A stretch of DNA of 64,000 nucleotides from Thalia democratica (taxonomy: Eukaryota). Shown here piece by piece: positions 38,539 to 50,363 of this stretch (the stretch's first letter is position 1; the number at the start of each line of letters is the position of its first letter). Made by a program: the position numbers and the translations under genes. The notes beneath the pieces were generated by a model, which saw nothing but the letters and a program-made list of their open reading frames with translations, made no database searches and had not been told where the DNA came from. The stretch is taken from NCBI GenBank assembly GCA_965202585.1, contig OZ241830.1, positions 71,548,001-71,612,000 on the forward strand. Direction: 5' to 3'.

Positions 38539-41500
38539 CTAGTTTTCAGCAGGTTCGTAACTACCACATCTAGCAAAACTTTCAGGAACTCTTTTTTTGA
38601 CAACTCCAGGTTCTCCTACTTGAATCACAAGAAACATTGCTGAAAAATTACTTTTGTTTTACAAGGTGAATTGTTATTAGTTATATTCGAATTTTAGTAG
38701 GAAAAATTTCTTTCAAATTACTTAATTCTATAATCTAGCTAGATCACATATCAACAAAGTGCGGCTTGTGAAGCAAAAATATGCGGCCCGCGATATATTT
38801 TTTAGCAACAATATACTTTGAAAATCATTATAAATAGAAACTTGTAAGAAAAACTTAAAATAAGGAATTTAATTTAATAATAGTAACTAATCGTCTCTTT
38901 TTTTTATTTTTTCATCATGCTTGAAATTTAAAACTTTTGTTGTTATAATCACTACAATTCTTCCAAAAACTCGCGACCCAAAGCAGATTTTTTTTAAACA
39001 ATGCCACCCGCGTGCAAGATTTTTCGCAAAGGTGTTCTTTTACATGTGAAAAGCCACAGACCACTTCTCTAAATCAGTAATATTTCTTAAAGTGTCTATA
39101 AGTTAATTCGTGGGAAAAAAACTTTAAAAGCTTTTTTTATAGGTACGGTGTCTATATTAATTTTACAAAGCTATTTTTTTGTTTTAAAATATTTTATGTG
39201 TTGTATGCATAACAATTACAGCTTACCTTATAAAATGTTTTTTATATAAAAAATAATTTTTAGTGTTAAGTGTGCACAACAGTTAATGAACTTATTTACT
39301 ATATAGGTGCTACCTTTTAGAGCTAATAAACGCTGGTTTAATTTTATTTATAAAGAATTTATTTTTATACGAACACTTAGTTTTTATATAAACAAACTTA
39401 GTTTTTTTTATTTGTGAATATTATTAAGTTTTTAGAAAACTGCAGTACATCAAAGTATTGTAAATAAAGGTAAAATAAGTGACACTTATCAACAAACAAT
39501 CAAAAGTATACAAAAAATACGTTTAAAATTGAAGTTTTAAAATATGAAAACAATCTTACTTAAATCATGGAACAGTATGTGACAGTGGAGAGGCCAAAAT
39601 CCGGGGTTGTCTGAAAAGAACCTGACAATAGTGTATCCTCTGTTCGGTATAATTACTGTGTCTTTCATTGGGGGATTCACCAACTGTCTATCAATTTTAG
39701 TATTGTAGTATATATCCTTCATTTTCTCCATTAGAAGGGGTTCACTCTCGTTAGCCCTTTTAAGAAACATAGTTTTATATATTTCCCATACTTGATTTTA
39801 AAGTAAATTTTATTTCAAACAAATAAAAAAACAACTGGAAGTAAACAACTGTCAGTAGCTTAAATTACCTATCCATTGCAACAACAGCATATGGTTGACC
39901 GTGTAAATGAATGGGGTGTCCCGACTTATCTTTATCTCCTCCCTTGTCGAATATAACCATTTCTATTAGCTGGTTGCTTTTCACTTTCACTACGTGCACA
40001 CATTGCTTTTTCTGTAGCGATTACTAAGGTTACATTTTAGCCGAACGTACAGTCAATAAATGGGTAATTTGTCAGCAATTTAATGACACAAATCTAAGTT
40101 TAGAACAATAAGAAGTGTTTTAAACTATCTATTATACTAAATTTGTTTTGTGATTTTGTACAATGGATTTTTTTTATTACACTAGTAATAACTTATTTTA
40201 ATTTTGATAGAAATTATGGAAGAAAAAGAATATAATTTGCAAATGAGTTTTACAGTGAAAATTAGTTTGTGCAAAACGACTAACATGTTTCGGAACTATG
40301 AAGTTTGGAGCATTACAAATTGTACTCTTATCTATTGTATCGTACTGAAAAAGCAAGGGTCGGTCGGCTTGCTCGTACACTATGTTATTAATCACTGGTG
40401 TTGGAGAAAAACTAAGTTGAAAAAACAACGTTTCGTCAGGAGTGCCTCTGAGTTTCTCAGAAATGTTGCCAACAGATTTCAGCTGATTTACGTAAACTGG
40501 ATTTACCACACCATTTTCCTTCAACATAGGATTTAAATTTCTAAATTCTTTAGTTTTGTTCGTTGAAGGTAGAGTTGTGTTACTAACTGATGGGTCATCG
40601 TATCTAAAGAAAAACTAAGATTTTTACTTATCAATTTTATATTTGTAAGGCGTACAAAAAATAGTTTTAGTTTGACAGATAAGTATATTTAGCTAACTTA
40701 AATTTCAATATATATTAGTACTTTAAGCTTTGGATAGTTAGCATGATGAAATTAAGCTTTAAAATATAAAAAGTTAAACATTTCTCTAACAACAAATATT
40801 TTAGATATTAAATTTAGAAAATAGATTAGTTACAAACGTTTATTCCAAAGTAGCGCAGCAATTTCAAAATTTATTTTCTAGCTGAACAAGGCTGTTTGAA
40901 AACCATGAAAAAAATATGTGTTTAAATTTTTTCAAACAAAATAATACTACATAATGTATTTTTAAATACTCTTTTGTTGATTATTACCTGACAATGGCTT
41001 TTTGTGAAAGATTCGCACACTCAGTATAATTATTTGCTATAACTCTCATCCAGTAATTAGAAGGATGTTTATTTGCATTTACTACAAAATCATATCTTTC
41101 GCCTGGTTGGATCGTTATTGTTGAAACCTAATAACGTATTAATAAGCTATAGAAAAACAACTTCTAAAATAATTTTTCTTAAATTTTCTTATCACTTTAA
41201 CGTACTTCCTTTAATTTTTTAGTAGTTTTTAACCGTACTAAACGTAGTTTTACAAAGATATTTTGTTAAAAAGGCACAAAAATGTGTAATAACTTACAAT
41301 CTCAGGTTGAATATCGTTTCCATCAGTACTGATTACCATGAGTTCATGATCGTCTATGGTTATCTATAAATTAAATAATATGTTTCACTCTTAATAGTAA
41401 GTTAAAACATTTGTTTACTGTACCATGTCCATAATAAAAAAAAAACAAAGTAATTCACTCGACTCTATTAAGTTAAAAAATATTTTCAAATACTAACTAA

Positions 41501-44500
41501 GTTTACAAATAAGTTTAATTTCAAACGAATAAAATTGAAATTACAAAGCTAGTTATATGTAAAATCCTAAAATTTATTTCATAAATATTAAGCAGAAAAC
41601 TTCAGTATTAAAACTAATCTTGTTGGCTCCTTATTTAGACCAGAGTTTGTTAGATGGGGTGGTATTGAATACAAAAAGAGTTCTAATTTACAAATTAATA
41701 GTAAACTCTAATTTACAAACACAAAAAAACAACTATAGCTTGAATAAACAAGCTCATTTTGGTACTTTGTATAGTACTTTCATTGCTGTCTTCTTTATCA
41801 ATTATAAACTGATTTAGAAGTTATTCTTAAAATAAAATTTATAAACAAAAGTAACCTGTAAGGCGCAGTAAAGGGTTGCATGGTTGATAGCTCTGAACCG
41901 AGTTCGTTTATTTGGAGTTAACAAAAACAATTCGTATGGTATTGTTGTTGAGTCAGGCGTTTGCTGAAAAAAAATGTTTGATGAGAAGATATGCTTAACA
42001 AAAAAGTAGTGAATGTAGTGTACAGATTTCAAAAAAATCTAAACATTAAAATAAGTGCTTTAGAATGTGCACACTGGTTAAGTAAGAAGTTTTTACATTA
42101 AAAACGAGCTAACTAAGTTATAAAGATAGTTCTTGCAGGAAATCGCTGTTTAGTATCGACATTACTTGAATATCAATTTTAGTTAAAGGGAAACTTGCTC
42201 ATACGTTTATTTTCTTTCTTAAAAAAGTTTTTTCTTTCTTAAATTTTAATTAATCTTACTCCTTTTTCGTTGATAACAATGTTCTCTGCTTTCAGCCCGT
42301 CTGGGTTTTTTCCTGAAAAAGCAGAAGTATACTTGTCCAATGCAGTTGTGTGAAACCAATCGCTTACCATGAAAACGTGCTTGTCAATATCTGTATTTTT
42401 AAGTGTTATTTTGTTTTCCTTTTAAAACTTGAGTTTGCTTTTTTAAGCTTAAAATATTTTTTTGCAACTTAAAAGTTGTCTGAGAAAGAAAACCATTTAT
42501 CATGTCTTTATTTTTTTTTTAGTCATTTGCTAAAGTATTGTGCATATTTTTCTAAAATTCAGTTTAAATTTTTTTATTTTCTATAAAAAACCTTGATAAG
42601 TAAGTTTTTTCAGTATTGTGAACTTTTGAATACACGTAAAATAAGCTTAACTTACCAATATCGTACAAATCTGAATGAACATTGTCTTGTTTTGCTTGCC
42701 TGACAATCAGAGGTCCTACAAGTCCGTCACCCCTTTGCAATGAATTGTGTGAATGCCACCAATGAGTACCTTTTTTGAATAATTATATAGAAACAAAGCA
42801 ACTTTAGGATGATTTTTAAAACTTTTCAGTGTTGCAGTAAACCCTGTATTTTTCAAGCCTATGCTACAAACTAAACCTGTATTTAGAAAGTCTAAAAATA
42901 GCTATTCAATTCGTTGTTAAAAGTCAACAGTAGCTTTGTTTAAGCGAATTTCAATTTTTTCTTACTCATATAGATTAAGACATACATTAAATTTACAACA
43001 TATTTTTGAACATACCGTGGGGATAAGCTGTGAATTTGTACCGCAAACTTTCAGAAGCTGACAGTGGACACTGGGACACCATTGGAACTCCGTCCATCCA
43101 CTGCGAATCCCTCATGTCCATACCGTGCCAGTGGATTGTCATGGCGTCCCCGTTTTGAAGGTTGTTGTGAACGTTCACCACTATTGTGTCGTTTTCGCAT
43201 ACCTGAAAAACAAGTAGAAAATATAAAGTTGCATAAAAAAAATAGTTCGGTAGAGAAGTCAATGGAGCTCAAAGCGTACAGCGACGCAAGGAAAACTTGT
43301 ATAACATAACAGTAGAATTTTAGAACTCATAAAACACACCAGTTTATTTTTTGTACTGTTTTGTATTACGTAATTTGTTGTAGTCAAGTAAAAAGAAAGA
43401 AATATTTATTGCTGTGAATAAAAACGCTTAGTTTATTGATCTATCTTGAAGCTGTAGAATTACGAGTTATATCTAAAATTACAACAACCTTTATAAAAAC
43501 AAGCTTTTTAAAGCTGGCATTTTCATTTTATAATAAGTATGTTTTATGATGCATAAAAATATTACTGTCTACTGTTAAACTTTAACTATCTTAAACTATT
43601 TATACTGACCGAAACAACAGGCCAAGGTAGATGATCATTAATTTGAATGATTGGTTTGGAAAAACCGTCTGCAGGAAAGCAACCTTTGTTGTAGCAATCT
43701 GAAGCTTTAGTTGTGCAATTACCACAAAGTCCATATGCGAGTGTTCTGCTCCTGATAATTGTACGTTGTATAATATAAAATTGTTCTTTGAAACAAAATA
43801 GTTTTTAAGCTAACAGAATACTTATTTACTTTTACAAGTTTATTATAGTTTAGTGTTGATTCTAAAACTGTCTTAAACTTAAAATTACGATCAATAAAGT
43901 AAAAAAGTACTGTTAACAATAAGTGTAGTTCACACAAAATCACTCTTATTAGTAGTAGTGTTTTAAATAAGAGTTACTAATTGGTTTAATATAGAAAATA
44001 TCAAACGAAGTTAGATTTTTGTCTATCATAAAACATAGTTGTAACTCAGAACTTATTTTTGTAAAGGTTTAAGATTAGAATAATTTAGAATTCTTTTCTT
44101 TTTTAATTCCCTATAATTAGATTTTGTTTTAAAGTTTTAAATACTGAAAAATTAAACAATAATACAGGGAGCAAAAAGGCAAACCATTTAATATTCCAGT
44201 CGTAACGACAAATCATTGTCTCTCCTACAACGCATGTTCTATCACATCGGTGTGGTGCTTCATTACCTACATAAATTGTCAGTGACAGTTGATAAAGTTT
44301 TATTTTTCATATTGAAAAGCAAGCAATATAAACTCAAAAATGTAAAATAGCTTACAACAGTTATGATCATAAAAAGTAGTGCGTGTTTTTGACAGTTTAA
44401 GTTATTTAAACAAGTTTAATTTTAGTTGAAAAACTAACATTTTTTACAAATAGTCACCGTTATTGGTTAAACACAATTAAGTCAAAAGTTTTCATAAAAA

Positions 44501-45277
44501 TTTTCTAAAATAATATTAGCTTTAGTAAGTATTAAGTATTTTTTTCTTTACTCAAAAGTACCCAATTGAATTCTTTAGCGGGTTTATATAAATATGCTTT
44601 AAGCTAAGAATATACGTAGTAAACGATACTCATTTTACAAACTACAATCAAAACCGAGTTTGTCACGTTTTAAAAATGAATAGCTTGTAATTTCCGGTCT
44701 TTAAGCTTTTGTTTTTTAAACTATATTGTTGTATTAATAATATTAATGAAGATTTTTTGTAAAACTAGCTTGAATTTGTTATATAATAACTTAATTACTT
44801 TTGTATATTTTTCAGACTTCTAAAAATTATTTTTAAAGTTTATAACTGTTTCCACTTTATTTACAAAACGCTCTGCTTTAATTTAAAATTTATTTATAGA
44901 TACGTTTTTTTTGTTTAGCACTTAGAAGTTTATACTTTAATTAATCTTGTTTATTGTTAAACATATTAAAACTTACTTTTGAATAATAATTAGTTATCAA
45001 ATACAATGTAAAACTTTTTCAGCAGAAATTTATTTGCTAAGTCAATGTTGAAAACAAAAAATAATTTTTTTTATTTAAGAAAATTTATATCTCATACTGT
45101 TTTTATATCAAGCGAAACTATAATAGTAACTTACTTTAAGCTATACATTCTTAAAACTTTAAGAAACAAATAAAGTTTTAAAAGTGTTTATTAATACTTT
45201 GTTTTACACTTACCTAAATAAAAAGTTAATCCGAGTCCAAATAGTTGCATAAAAACTAAAAATGATGACGTTTTCAT
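38539..45277 (-). CDS. Secreted laccase-type multicopper oxidase, 13 exons, 597 aa
   Basis: GT-AG exons 45277-45214, 44266-44185, 43751-43610, 43202-43016, 42769-42656, 42390-42260, 41963-41856, 41363-41298, 41127-40988, 40603-40285, 40011-39869, 39756-39560 and 38639-38539 total 1794 nt with consistent phases. Signal peptide MKTSSFLVFMQLFGLGLT, Cys-rich N-terminus, and copper motifs HWHG, WWHSH, HPIHLHG, HCHILFH. Confidence 0.93.
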
Positions 45278-47614
45278 GATTATTAAAAGAATAAAACTGT
45301 TAAGTAAGAACCTGTTTAAGTATAAACAGTTTATAATTTTCAACATTATAGACAACAAAAAAAGTAATCTTTAGAAAGTGTTTTGTATTTAATTTTTAAA
45401 TAAGTTTTCTACTTAAACATTTTGAGAGTGTGCTTGATCTTATATCTGCGATGTATACCTACTTTAACTTAATAAAATAAGTTAACTTTAACACGAGTTT
45501 AAAAAAGCATGTTTCTTTTATGTTTTCTTTTTACGACATGAAATCAATTATTACGATTTAGTTTTACATTACATGGATGTTTTAATTTTTAAGCTTTTAA
45601 AAGTATGAATCACTATCTAACTTATTAGCACGTATAATAAACTGTACAACCATGATTTTCTATATTGTGTTAGTAAATGTATTTGTACGTTTATTACTTT
45701 TTAAACTATTTTGTACACCAAGTATTACAACTATTTTCTTAAGAATATTTTTATACTAAAATCTTTCAATAAATATGTCTTATTTAAGTAAGTTCATCAA
45801 AATATGCATTAAAAAAGCTTCAATAAAGCTGTCCTTTTTTGTAATATAATGTTACTGGTTTTTGTATCAAAGCATAACAAATGTTTTTAATTGAGTACAT
45901 GAAGTTAAATTTAATTATTTCATAGCATTTGAACGGTAATTTAGCTATACCTAATGACTTCTATATCTATAGTATTGGACAAGACTTTAAAAGGTATCCA
46001 AGTGGTGTACGACTCGATGACCGAAAGGTTCTTCGTGCACCAGGTCCTAGGACCAAATATTTTGAGCGTTTTTTAGTGGTTCAATAAACAATATTACTTC
46101 AAAAAATATTCATACTTTTCTTCAGTTTAAATATTTTTTGTAAGTACTACATTTGATGAAAGAAAATTTATATGAATCCGATAAAGGTTTACAACTTTAA
46201 ACTTTTACTTTAACAAGAAATATTACTTGGTTTCATTAAACAAAAAAGTCTGACTAATTTGTATATAGTGGCTTGAATACTAAAGGCAAAAAGCTCAAAC
46301 TGATTTTTAAATCAAATTAAGTATAAACAAAAAAAAAAACTGAACTTTTATTTTTCTTAGCTGTAAAATTGTTACACAACACGAGTCCAAATAGAAAACT
46401 TGTATCAATCTATTTTATATAAAATTTAAAAAAAAAATCAATCGACTTGTTAGATTTACTAGAAAAACTGTGAAATTTGTAGGGAAATAGGAATATAACT
46501 TTTCAAGCGCATTAAATTGTTTGAAATATATAACTAAAACATTTGAGTTATGTAATCTATTGAAAGATTGTATAGTAATTGTTAATCTTGAATTTTTATT
46601 CGTTTTCACTTTGTTTTAATCTTGATTGATAAACAATGGTACATTATGTCTCACGTTATCGAAACTTATAAACTGACTTCAAACTGCTCTTTTTGTTTAG
46701 TGCAATTTCCGTTTAGGCAGACAACTATTTATAGCATTTTGATATTGTGTCACAGTTACCAATTTAAAATAATGCAGCTTAATAAATCATACATTCGTAC
46801 GTAAATTGTGACAAAATTGTGACAAAATTTAAACATTTAAGCTAATTGTGGTGATTCACAGTTTGAGTGTCTTGTGTTACGTAAACCTTTGTTAAAAATG
46901 TAATCAAAGTTATGTAATATCTACCTTTTTGTGTTCAATTATCTATTAGCCCAAATTAGATAAATCATTTTCTATTTATAGTCTTATACTAATATTACAC
47001 TTATTTTCAAACTTTTCATTAACTTATATTTTCATTATCCTTTCTGTAGAGAATGATAAATAAGTTAATTACTTTCTTGCTAAGTTCTAAATTAAGTTTT
47101 TAATATTTTTTCAAAACAAGCTTTATATGCAAACAGTAAAGATATATTCATGAAGTTTAAAGTTTTTATAAAAACATATGATATTATTTATTTTATTGAA
47201 ACAAAAATAACTTAATACAGCTTTTATGAAGCTAATCAAGTTATTTAACTCAATTACAAAACATTGATGCAACAAAAACATTTAATGATTATAAGTCTGT
47301 GTCTACAAATTTGTGCAAAGTATTAATCTGTTCTATAGTCACAACCTACATTATTTCAACATTTAACAATATAAAAGTTACTAATAATTATTTTGTAATC
47401 GCAAAAAAAGAATCACAACTTTATAAGTTTCAAGTCATAAACAACTATTAACAAAATAATATATTTCTTTTTTTTTTCTTTTAAAGTTTTATAAATGTAA
47501 AAGAGGGAAGTTTTACAAAAGAAATTTAAAACTGGAAATTTTCTTTCTTCAATTTCTCTATTCCTTAGTATTGTTTGTTGATGAGTGAAGATCTATTTTT
47601 ATTATCACTTTAAA

Positions 47615-47993
47615 TAGAGTTGGGCAACGTAGTAAGGCCCGTGGAGCGAAAGTTACTGGCCCGGTATTGTTTGGAAAAGTTTAGTGGAATCCAGTCAACG
47701 AAGGGTAAAACTGCGGCCCGCGAGCATATACATCTGGCCCACTAAACGACTTTTTGAAACTTACGCTGATAATCTAGGATTAAAAATGAAAATAAAAAAG
47801 AATGTCTAAGGTACAATTTACGAAAAGTTTTAAATTAATACTAGGTTTAGTAAAACAAAACATAGATTTAGTAATTTTTAAATGAATTTGATAAATGCGC
47901 AATTTTATTGAAATAATGGAAATTGTAATGCTTTAGTTTTAGACTTTATTTTTCTGCATCTGGCTCGCTTTCTAAAAACGTTGCTAATCCCTA
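47615..47993. mobile_element. hAT MITE
   Basis: Imperfect TIRs tagagttgggcaacgt / acgttgctaatcccta and internal gcggcccgcg motifs. Confidence 0.6.
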
Positions 47994-48949
47994 AGTTATA
48001 GTATCAAATACACTTAAAATTTATTTTTGCAGGCTGGACAGCAATGCTAAATATAAATTTAAAGTTTGTTAGTTATAAAGATACAACAATACTTTACAAG
48101 TGAACTTACACTGAAAAATTCAATGCTCAATCTTTTTATTCAAACAGTACTTGAAAAAGTTAAGTCCTGCTTTAAATACAATAATTTTTATAATTTATAT
48201 CGGAGTTTTTTTTTTCTATAAATTAAATTGTCAAAGTTTTTTAGTTTAGTTTTACCACAATAATCACATAAACAACTTTCAATCAAAAATAGTTTTGGAT
48301 TTCAAATTAGACTGCATATTTGATATTGTCATGTTTTAAATTATTACACGAACGTGTTTTTGAAACTTTTCCTATTTTGATGGAGGACGAAACCGGTCGT
48401 AGGTTGTCTCAAATACTGTTTTTGATGTTCATGTGGTAAGTTCATTATTTATTATTGATGGTGCAAAGCATCTCAACTTTGTTGATGATGGCCGTATTAA
48501 ATAGTGGTTAAAACTGATCAAACGAACACAGACTATAATCTCACAATAAAAAAAGACGCCAAAGTGTTCAGTCCTATGACCTGGTTCACGAAAAAACGTT
48601 TTGGTTATCTAGTTGCACACCACGGATACGTTATAAAGTCTTGTCCAGGACGATCAGCTAACAATGTCTGAGTATGAATGATTTAGCTGTATCAGTTTTT
48701 TCAAGTTTACCTACGAACGGCCGCTTCAGTACTTTTGTACTAAAGCCCGTTTGATAAGATCTCAACAGCAGTTTCTTGCGACAATGTCTGCCTGATGAGT
48801 TCTTGTCAGGACGAAACCGGTCGTAGGTTGTCTCGGATACTGTTGTTGATTTTTTTATGGAAAAGTTCATTATTTACTATTTTAATAAGATTTTTTAGTT
48901 GATATTTTCAAGGAACCAATAGAAATTAATAATGTAAAATGTATGACAA

Positions 48950-49195
48950 TTAAATTCTAAAACAATTGTTGGTTGCAACAAGTTTGTTAGAATTAAAACG
49001 CCCCAAGGTTGCGTTATGCATTTGTTGTACAGACCATGCGCCATAGTTTCAGTAGGTGGAAGTTTCGCTATATTTGACAGTAATGACCGTACTTGTTTAT
49101 TTTATGATATAGAAAATAACTTATGGTCAAAAGGACCATACGTAATTAACAACGACGTTTCAAATTTTTGTTGCGAAAAAGTACGTCAGTTGTAA
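48950..49195 (+). pseudogene. Possible BTB-Kelch-like C-terminal fragment
   Basis: Hand translation TIVGCNKFVRIKTPQGCVMHLLYRPCAIVSVGGSFAIFDSNDRTCLFYDIENNLWSKGPYVINNDVSNFCCEKVRQL* has a Kelch-like YD...N.WS blade. Stops lie immediately upstream in frame. Confidence 0.4.
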
Positions 49196-50363
49196 AAAAT
49201 TACGTCAGCATATGTATACAAACAAACTACTAGAATAATTTTCATGTAAGTAAATAAACAACAAAAATTATTATACTTTATATTTACTTCATTTCCGTAA
49301 TTAATTTTATCATGCACTAAACAAAAATGTTTTATTTTTTTTTATGTGAATAAACTAAATACATTATAATTTAAATTATCAAAAGAGCAATATACCAAGT
49401 GTATTAGTACATCATTAAGATCTGGTGGGTGATATTCACTTTTAAGTTAAAGTATTATAGATTTAACTTACTTAAGAAAAATTACTTAAGGACTAGATAG
49501 AATTATTCAAATGTTCTGTTAATTTTGAACTCAATTAAACTATAAAGTTCACTCATGTTTTAGTTTACGAAAAAAAGTATAATATGATTAAATAAATAGT
49601 TATAATAAAAATAAATAAAAAAAACCGAAAAAGGGTAAGTGTTAGGGTGACGGTGATTAAAAAGAGAGAAAAATAAAAATACCACATAAATAAACAAATA
49701 CAAATTAAATTTTTGGAATGGAACCGATCGGGTGGAACTTGATTCGGGTTTGAATTGTGCGGATGGAAATTGATCGGGTGATGTTTCTTTACCTTTGTAA
49801 AATATCAGTAATAGTTAACAAGTTTATTTATTTCATAGTGAAAAGTCAGAAAAAACAAACAAAAAATTGAGAAACAACTTACAGCAGTGTTGATCATAAA
49901 TTTTAGTTTCTTTTTGACAACTTTAAGTTGTCTAATTTATTTTAGTTTTTATTAAAACTCTATCAATTTTTAAGTGTTACAAGTTTTAGTAGTTATTGAG
50001 TAAACAAAAAAAAACAAAATATTTTATTAGTTTTTGTAAACAAAATATAAGTTTTAGTTAATTATTAAGTTACTTTTTTTTTACAGTAACCCTCTCAATC
50101 CTTTAACCAAGGCTATATAAATATGCCTTTAAGCTAAGAATATAAGTAGTAAATAACACTCATTTTACAAACTACAATCAAAACCGAGTTTGTCGCGTTT
50201 TTAAAAATGAATAGCTTGTAGTTTCCGGTCATTTTAATTTTTACATTATGAGCGCTATTGTTGTTTTTACGATAGCAAGTAGGGTTTTATTATTTACTAT
50301 CGTATGTTAGGCTTTTTAGTAAGACTAGGTAGACTGGTTTAAATAAAAACTAACTGTTTGTAG

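Noticed and set aside
40037-40039. Apparent premature TAA in laccase exon 11 if the acceptor at 40094 is used
   Set aside because: That frame does not lead into HPIHLHG. The acceptor at 40012 gives KKQCVHVVKVKSNQLIEMVIFDKGG...HPIHLHG in frame with no stop, so the gene is not a pseudogene.
30454-43309. Plus-strand or alternative-frame ORFs at 30454, 30477, 40204, 43051 and 43064
   Set aside because: They overlap well-supported CK1 and laccase exons in antisense or another frame and have no domain signal.
44263-44370. Hydrophobic ORF MIITVVSYFTFLSLYCLLF as the laccase signal peptide
   Set aside because: It is out of frame with exon 2 and ends in a stop. The exon at 45214-45277 has a better signal peptide, a GTAAGT donor and the required phase 1.
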